Both the position numbers and the translations under genes were made by a program. This document shows positions 56,431 to 64,000 of a stretch of DNA of 64,000 nt, piece by piece. The stretch covers positions 186,001 to 250,000 of the forward strand of contig NIVC01001521.1 in NCBI GenBank assembly GCA_002269645.1, given 5' to 3'. How positions within the stretch are numbered: position 1 is the stretch's first letter; the number at the start of each line of letters is the position of its first letter. Source of the stretch: Macrostomum lignano (Eukaryota). The notes beneath the pieces are model-generated. The model searched no databases. It had not been told where the DNA came from and saw only the letters and a program-made list of their open reading frames with translations.

Positions 56431-57234
56431 GCCACGCAGTCTTACCTCTACTTAAAATATTCTGCATGTATTTATATATGTGTAGGCCAATCAAAATCGC
56501 CAATATTCTGTGCAGTTGAATTATTTCTTTATATATACATTGTAATGTCCTTAGCATGCTACTCAGGAGTAGTGCATGAGTAAAAAATGATTATTTAGTA
56601 TTTATTAAACATTTGTTAAACGAGTATATTGCGTGTTGCCAATTTTAGAACTTTAGCTGCTCTACTTGTGTGTTCAAGCCAATCCTTGATTCAAAATTAC
56701 TCCTGCTCGTAATGCTGGACTTAGTTTATTTAGTTTTGCGCCCTTATCTATGCATGAAATGTGCAATATCTATTGTAGTTTCCGTTTCTCCGGCTGATTT
56801 GAGCTTAATTCTATTTCTCTTTTCGTTATGGGCATTAATGCAAAAAACCTATATCTACTTTAAAAGCATGTTTTATGTTGTTATAATCTCTGTTTATTTT
56901 GAAAAGTGAATTTTCAATTGCTAGCCAACTGAATCAAATCGCTATTTAATTATTTGCAGTTGACAAGTGTGCTGTGCTTGATTTTTCATTGACAATTTCT
57001 GTTCTGCTCACTGCAGGTGGTCCCTGAATTGGCAGCTGATCAATGTGCGGTCTTCTGCATGCATGCACGATGGACCTTATACAGTTGTTGGTTGCAATCG
57101 TTTATTTTTTTGGTGGCTCTGTTTTTGTATTGAATTTGCTGTGACTTTGCTTTAGCTTGAAACTCTATGCTTCATCCGTTTATCATTTGTTCATTTTCTC
57201 TTTTTAGAATTCCTGTGTTTGATGTATTATATAC

Positions 57235-58250
57235 CACTGCCCTCCCAGATCCTCAGTGTCTGGGCCAGCCTCCCAGATCCTCAGTTGCTGGGCCAGCCGC
57301 CCAGATAGATCCTCAGTTGCTAGGCCAGCCTCCCAGATCCTCAGTGTCTGGGCCAGCCTCCCAGGTCCTCAGTTGCTGGGCCAGCCTCCCAGATTCTCAG
57401 AGGGCCACCAGCCTCCCAGATCCTCAGTGTCTGGGCCAGCCTCCCAGATCCTCAGTGTCTGGGCCAGCCTCCCAGATCCTCAGTGTCTGGGCCAGCCTCC
57501 CAGATCCTCAGTTGCTGGGCCAGCCGCCCAGATAGATCCTCAGTTGCTAGGCCAGCCTCCCAGATCCTCAGTGTCTGGGCCAGCCTCCCAGGTCCTCAGT
57601 TGCTGGGCCAGCCTCCCAGATTCTCAGAGGGCCACCAGCCTCCCAGATCCTCAGTTGCTGGGCCACCAGCCCAGATCCTCAGTTGCTGGGCCACCAGCCT
57701 CCCAGATCCTCAGTTGCTGGGCCACCAGCCCAGATACTCAGTTGCTGGGCCAGCCTCCCAGATCCTCAGTCTCTGGGCCAGCCTCCCAGGTCCTCAGTTG
57801 CTGGGCCAGCCTCCCAGATTCTCAGAGGGCCACCAGCCTCCCAGATCCTCAGTTGCTGGGCCACCAGCCCAGATCCTCAGTTGCTGGGCCACCAGCCTCC
57901 CAGATCCTCAGTTGCTGGGCCACCAGCCCAGATCCTCAGTTGCTGGGCCACCAGCCTCCCAGATCCTCAGTCTCTGGGCCAGCCTCCCAGATCCTCAGTT
58001 GCTGGGCCAGCCTCCCAGATTCTCAGTTGCTGGGCCAGCCTCCCAGATCCTCAGTTGCTGGGCCACCAGCCCAGATCCTCAGTTGCTGGGCCACCAGCCC
58101 AGATCCTCAGTTGCTAGGCCACCAGCCCAGATCCTCAGTTGCTGGGCCACCAGCCCAGATCCTCAGTTGCTGGGCCACCAGCCTCCCAGATCCTCAGTTG
58201 CTGGGCCACCAGCCCAGATACTCAGTTGCTGGGCCACCAGCCCAGATTCT
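57235..58250. repeat. Same 27-31-bp minisatellite, second block with higher-order duplications
   Basis: Direct; QPPRSSVAG ORFs are artefacts. Confidence 0.96.
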
Positions 58251-58854
58251 TAGTGACAAAATTTATCTGTATAATGAATAAACAAATTTGCACAAAAAAT
58301 TGTGAAATAAGTTTTTTGCCACAAAAATCTAAGCCATGCAATTTGAATTCTCGCGGTCTGTCTGGTGGTTTTTTCGTTTTCGTTATGACCGTGCTCAGCT
58401 TGATCAGCAGCGAGGTGCGCAAATGCAGTCCAAGCCTTAATGCTGACTGACTTGAATTGAAGCCTTTCCAACTTGCCAAAGTAATTATTTGAAATATGAA
58501 TTTCTACTTAATATTTCTTCTTTTTCTGTTACGAGCAATACCAGCAAAAGCCGTGCGTTTTGTTAATTTTTGCTTTTGGACTTTTGGGCTTGGTTGCAGC
58601 TATAATTTCTGCTATCCTTCATCAACTCCTGCTCACACAGTTGCTTGTACCGTAAACCGGGTGTTTTCTGGCAGTTTATTGTGATTGTTTAGCTCTGTCT
58701 GTCGCAATAGTATTTGCTGATGACTGTTATTTCAATACGATTTTCAGTTCAGGTTGATTGCTTCAATCATGTACATTAGGCATTGTGCGTGCCTTTGAAT
58801 CTATTTTGCGTTTATTGGTTGCTTTTTTGTAAGACCATGCAGTCAAGAAACTCA

Positions 58855-59660
58855 CTCTCGGGAAGGATTGGTCACTGTGGGGAATTGATTTGTCACTCTG
58901 GTAAGGGATTGGTCACTCTGGGGAATTGATTTGTCACTCTTGGAAGGGATTGGTCACTCTGGGAAATTGATTTGTCACTCTTGGAAGGGATTGGTCACTC
59001 TGGGAAATTGATTTGTCACTCTGGTAAGGGATTGGTCACTCTGGGGAATTGATTTGTCACTCTTGGAAGGGATTGGTCACTCTGGGAAATTGATTTGTCA
59101 CTCTTGGAAGGGATTGGTCACTCTGGGAATTGATTTGTCACTCTGGGGAAGAGATTGGTCACTCTGGGGAATTGATTTGTCACTCTGGTAAGGGATTGGT
59201 CACTCTGGGGAATTGATTTGTCACTCTGGTAAGGGATTGGTCACTCTGGGGAATTGATTTGTCACTCTGGTAAGGGATTGGTCACTCTGGGGAATTGATT
59301 TGTCACTCTGGTAAGGGATTGGTCACTCTGGGGAATTGATTTGTCACTCTGGTAAGGGATTGGTCACTCTGGGGAATTGATTTGTCACTCTGGTAAGGGA
59401 TTGGTCACTGGGGAATTGATTTGTCACTCTGAGAAGGGATTGGTCACTGGGGAATTGATTTGTCACTCTGGTAAGGGATTGGTCACTCTGGCGATGGATT
59501 GGCCACTCTGGGGAATTGATTTGTCACTCTAAGAAAGGGATGCGTCACTCTGAGAAGGGATGCCTCACTCTGAGAAGGGATGTGTCACTCTGAGAAGGGA
59601 TGCCTCACTCTGAGAAGGGATGTGTCACTCTGAGAAGGGATGTGTCACTGTGGTAAGGGA
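58855..59660. repeat. Dimeric about 41-bp minisatellite GGGATTGGTCACTCTGGGGAATTGATTTGTCACTCTGGTAA grading into a 20-bp GTCACTCTGAGAAGGGAT unit
   Basis: Direct. Confidence 0.96.
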
Positions 59661-59954
59661 TTTGAAGAGTGACGAATAAAAAATTACGTTGTTGATTTTG
59701 ATAGTGACAGACGTACGGTTAGGACGCGTCTAGGTTATCAAAAGTACATTGCTTGTACTTTTGGATTGGGGGCGGATACATTGCATCGAGGGGGGGGGGG
59801 ATTGGGTGCGGATACATTTGCATCGTGGGGGGAAGGCAGATGGGTAGATGCATGTAAATAATATTGCAGTGCACATATAAATCTAGAATAATACGCTACC
59901 TTGATATTTATTGCCTATATGTTACATGTATATTTAAACTAGAAAACTATTGGC

Positions 59955-60785
59955 CACGGGTCAGCAAACTCTGCATGCCCGCAAAGCCTCTATTCGGGCC
60001 TCGGGTCCTTGAAAATTTCACAAAAGCAATCCCGCCCGCTCAGGCTTGTCCCCTCTCTCCTTTCTTCTCTCTTCTCTCCTCTCTCCTTTCCTCTCCCTTC
60101 TCTCCTCTCCTCTTTCCCTTCCCTTCTCTCCTCTCTCCTTTCCCCTCCCTTCTCTCCTCTCTCCTTTCCTCTCCCTTCTCTCCTCTCTCCTTTCCCCTCC
60201 CTTCTCTCCTCTCTCCTTTCCTCTCCCTTCTCTCCTCTCTCCTTTCCTCTCCCTTCTCTTCTCTCTCCTTTCCTCTCCCTTCTCTCCTCTCTCCTTTCTT
60301 CTCTCTTCTCTCCTCTCTCCTTTCCTCTCCCTTCTCTCCTCTCCTCTTTCCCTTCCCTTCTCTCCTCTCTCCTTTCCCCTCCCTTCTCTCCTCTCTCCTT
60401 TCCCCTCCCTTTTCTCCTCTCTCCTTTCTTCTCCCTTCTCTCCTCTCTCCTTTCCTCTCCCTTCTCTCCTCTCTCCTTTCCTCTCCCTTCTCTCCTCTCT
60501 CCTTTCCTCTCCCTTCTCTCCTCTCTCCTTTCCTCTCCCTTCTCTCCTCTCTCCTTTCTTCTCTCTTCTCTCCTCTCTCCTTTCCTCTCCCTTCTCTCCT
60601 CTCCTCTTTCCCTTCCCTTCTCTCCTCTCTCCTTTCCCCTCCCTTCTCTCCTCTCTCCTTTCCCCTCCCTTTTCTCCTCTCTCCTTTCTTCTCCCTTCTC
60701 TCCTCTCTCCTTTCCTCTCCCTTCTCTCCTCTCTCCTTTCCTCTCCCTTCTCTCCTCTCTCCTTTCCTCTCCCTTCTCTCCTCTC
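59955..60785. mobile_element. One end of the same hAT-like MITE family as 37627-38174, followed by an about 730-bp pure pyrimidine (CT) array; opposite TIR not found
   Basis: CACGGGTCAGCAAACTCTG...AAAGCCTCT..T.CGG.CCCT.GGG aligns with the start of the 37627 copy; the CT array begins near 60050. Confidence 0.6.
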
Positions 60786-62629
60786 TGTGCTATAGGTGCT
60801 GTCTTGAAAAACGTTATTAATTGCTACTATACTTTGCATTAGGTGCTAATACCGTAGCAGTTGCTGCTTCATAAAATTAGATAGAAAAAAAGAAACATCC
60901 ATTGGTAAAGCTAAGAGAATGAATTGTGTGCCCACAACGATGCTACCTATCAAAACTCAAAATGAATTTGTATAGCGCGTCTACCGCTAGACTTCTCCGG
61001 CTTCTTATTCTCCGTTCTTACTCTTATTAGGTACCGTAGACCGCCTCAATGCAGAAACTCTGTCAGCTATTGTAGACCCACAATTTATAGCTTGAAAACA
61101 CATTTCACGCATTATAGCATAGTAGCTTCATTTTTCACGTTTTTTTGCGCAGGGTCTACTCTGTCAAACAATTTACGAGAGGGCCGTCTTTAGCCGCGAT
61201 GACAGCCAAAAACTTATTTTCAGAAAGAAAGAAACGGAACTTGCATAGAGACAGCAGCTATAGAGATGAGAGGGTCCCTCAAAACTAGACGTATAAACCT
61301 CATTCATATATAGAAATATAGTCGAAGTGAATATAGTTAGAATGCTTTATAGACGCCAAGAAGTGATGGGGCCGGTTGTGCAGTGTGGGTATTGTGCCAG
61401 CTCAACTAAACAAACTATAGATAAGTAGCTAATTGCCATGCCCCAGCTCAACTCAACTCTCTGCCTGGCAGTTTCAAACTGCCAATGGTGTATAAATAAA
61501 AACTTACAGCCAGGTGCAAATTGGGCTGCCGCCAGTGTATATTGCGCTCAAATCTTTGCACGCCAGACACTCTAAAGGGAACTTCCGAAATCAACGTTTT
61601 TTCAGTGAGTAATAAATTTGTTAATTTATAAATTACCGTTAACATTCTGAATTTTCACAGTTTTTATAGTAGCTACGAGCGCTACTTGTACGTACGTTTT
61701 TAGTCAATTATATCAATTAAAGAAAATACATTAGTAATTTCACGGTTGAATCAGTGCGTAACAGTCCCATTGTAGGTACCTGTGCAAGTACAGTATATTT
61801 AAAGGCCCGAATTTTAGCTAAAAACTGAAGTACACTGTATTACGTATCAGACTTTTTTTGCGAAGTGCAGACCCATTCTACAGATTGAATTTTAAGCAAA
61901 ATTGGGCCCTAGATGTTTTTGTAGATAACGCGAATGTTACAATGTACGTCCTGATATTACATGCAACTGTTAATTTATTGGTCTTTGTGATTGAAACTAC
62001 GACGATTCATACTTACTCGTAAATGTCAACTTTCAACTGCCGTTGTTGTCTTTTTGCTAGAAATGTACCTGCATGCATGCTTACTATTAGTGTAGTTATT
62101 GATTAATCAGGAATAAAATACTAATAATACTGTAATTATCTAGGCATTAAGCATTACTTTTATTTATGATATTTTTATCGCATTATTCTTATATATTGCT
62201 ACTAATTAGTAGAGTACCAAGTAAAAATTAATAAAAATTACGCTAGGCCTCAGATAGCTTAGTTGTTAGTAGTCACTATAGCGAACTTGTGATTTTAACT
62301 ACCTACATACAATATAAAATGTTTGAAACTTCGACGGTGAATTTTTTATGAAATTTACCAAGCTCATGTTTTTCTTAACAAGTTTCGATAATGGTAAAAT
62401 ATATATATACTAAAAATGAAACCAATTATTCATTTTTAGAAAGATTCAACGCCTAAAACTGGTTACCATACAATAAGCTCAGTTTTCGTCTGGGCTTTGA
62501 AGCCTGCTGAGGCGGCAAAGGTGAGTCGATCAATACAGCAATAAATTTCCTGTTTACCTATAAATGGCAGTAAAATTCCACTTGTTTTAGCTAGTAATGA
62601 AATCCCAAAGTTTTTTATGGGAATGAAAA

Positions 62630-62845
62630 TAAAAATAATATAATTGATTACATCTGCCTTCATGACCATTTGTGTAACCGATACCATCTAAAGGCTGCGT
62701 ACGGCAGTTCAGTCCAAGAACTAGGGGAGGGGGCGCCACAACACCTTCAATTACCCCAGCTAATGCTGGCACCCATTTTACAGCTGCATGGGTGAACAGA
62801 AGCAATCCAGAATTGATATAAGTGTCTTGTTCAAGGACACAATTT
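62630..62845 (-). mobile_element. Second, 5'-degenerate copy of the CORE-type SINE
   Basis: Minus strand TGTGTCCTTGAACAAGACACTT...CAGCTGTAAAATGGGTGCC..ATTAGCTG.GGTAATTGA.GGTG...TCGGTT.CACA...AAGGCAG aligns with 1758-1935. Confidence 0.85.
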
Positions 62846-63370
62846 TTTTCAATTATGGTCGTGAAGCTATAGCTACTGATGTGTACTTTTGTTTTGATTG
62901 CAAAGATTGCTTTGAAAAGTTTTAATGCTCCCACTTTTCAAAACAGAATTATAATTAGGCCATAGCGGAACAAAAACCGTTATAAATTATATAATTCTTT
63001 TTCAAAACTTTTGTCTTCATAAGATAAGTTCAACTATGTAAAATCGTTGGAAATTTGCACACTTTTAAATTTTTAAACTACCGTGTCCTATAAGTCGATT
63101 GTACTTGTTTTAAACTCGATAAAACAATATTTCTGTCACAAACAGCCGAGTTGTACGAGCTCTGGAACATTTCTAGAAAAGGATGGCTTTTTACGGGACA
63201 GTTTTTTAACTACTAGTAGCATTACAAAAAATTATTTATTGTACAAGGCATGAAACTTTGCGTAATCACTTGTTAAATACGAGACGTAACTGTTAACCAG
63301 TTTTGTAAAAAGTCTCCAACACTTATTTGCAGATCCTACCTGTCAATCAGCAGCACTAAAGCCTCTTTCG

Positions 63371-64000
63371 ATGGCGGACGATTCTAAAGATAAAAAGAAA
63401 TCTAAAAGGCCTTTGAAAAGGACCATTAGTACTTGGGGAATAAATCCGATTCGAGATCCAAACAAGGAGCTGCTTGAATCTGAAAATAAAGATGAATTCG
63501 CCAATGCCGTAGCTATTTTAAAAAGGACTCCAAATAATCTGGAGCTGCTATCTGACGACAATGGCAAAACAGCCGCTCATTATGCAGCCATGGAGAACGA
63601 TGGAGAAACTCAACTCGCTGAACTCATCCAGATATTCGGAACAGACTGCCTCACAAGTCCTGATATTATCGAAATCACTCCGCTGCATCTGTCAGCGCGC
63701 TATCACTCAGCTCAGTCTTGGGAACAGAACTTCAATGCTGTGAAAACGGTCAACCTATTTAGGTTAAGAGACGCTAACGGAGACACTTGCGCTCACTGGG
63801 CAGCTCAAAACTCTAAAGACTACAAAATGATGCTTACAGTAAAAAAATAGCTTCAACAGCTTGCTTGAAATGGAAAAACAATAGAAATGAAACAGTATTG
63901 CACCGTGTGTTTCAGTATTGCAAAAATGATGTTATTGAGGAGATCATGAAAGAAATTGGTAATTTAAAAGACATACTTGGCGAGGAAGATATGCAAGGCA
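63371..64000 (+). CDS. Canonical ankyrin-repeat protein, N-terminal part, runs off the window; frameshift in A-runs at 63841-63878
   Basis: Ankyrin motifs GKTAAHYAA, ITPLHLSA and GDTCAHWAA. After TAG at 63848-63850 another frame continues NNRNETVLHRVFQYCK...EEDMQG. Upstream acceptor tatttgcag| at 63332. Confidence 0.78.

Overview
This is eukaryotic (animal) genomic DNA: spliceosomal introns, GC3-rich exons, and intronic/intergenic space full of micro- and minisatellites. The style suggests a free-living flatworm such as Macrostomum, but that is inference only. Supported genes: (1) first two coding exons of a class A aminergic (histamine-H1-like) GPCR on the minus strand, continuing off the left edge; (2) two CD36/SCARB scavenger-receptor paralogs, one with an intronless CDS (minus, 15816-17423) and one with two repeat-filled introns (plus, 53447-56008); (3) LRRC34 (two exons); (4) a six-exon SUN-domain gene of about 1926 aa with an unusually long repeat-built lumenal coiled coil; (5) a divergent 33-aa ankyrin-like repeat gene with a 4-bp frameshift; (6) a canonical ankyrin-repeat gene running off the right edge; (7) two orphan exons. 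Mobile DNA: an internally deleted Ty3/Gypsy element with 5' LTR and tRNA-Leu PBS, a solo LTR with a 4-bp TSD, a 428-bp Merlin derivative with 29-bp TIRs and an 8-bp TSD, hAT-like and other MITEs, two copies of a CORE-type SINE and a second degenerate SINE family. More than 25 tandem arrays are present. No CRISPR, rRNA or intact tRNA gene was seen. The most striking observations are the giant SUN protein, a 10-copy tandem array of a 5' splice site, the intron difference between the CD36 paralogs, and a GTCACTCT core shared by several otherwise unrelated minisatellites. All coordinates and alignments were made by eye.
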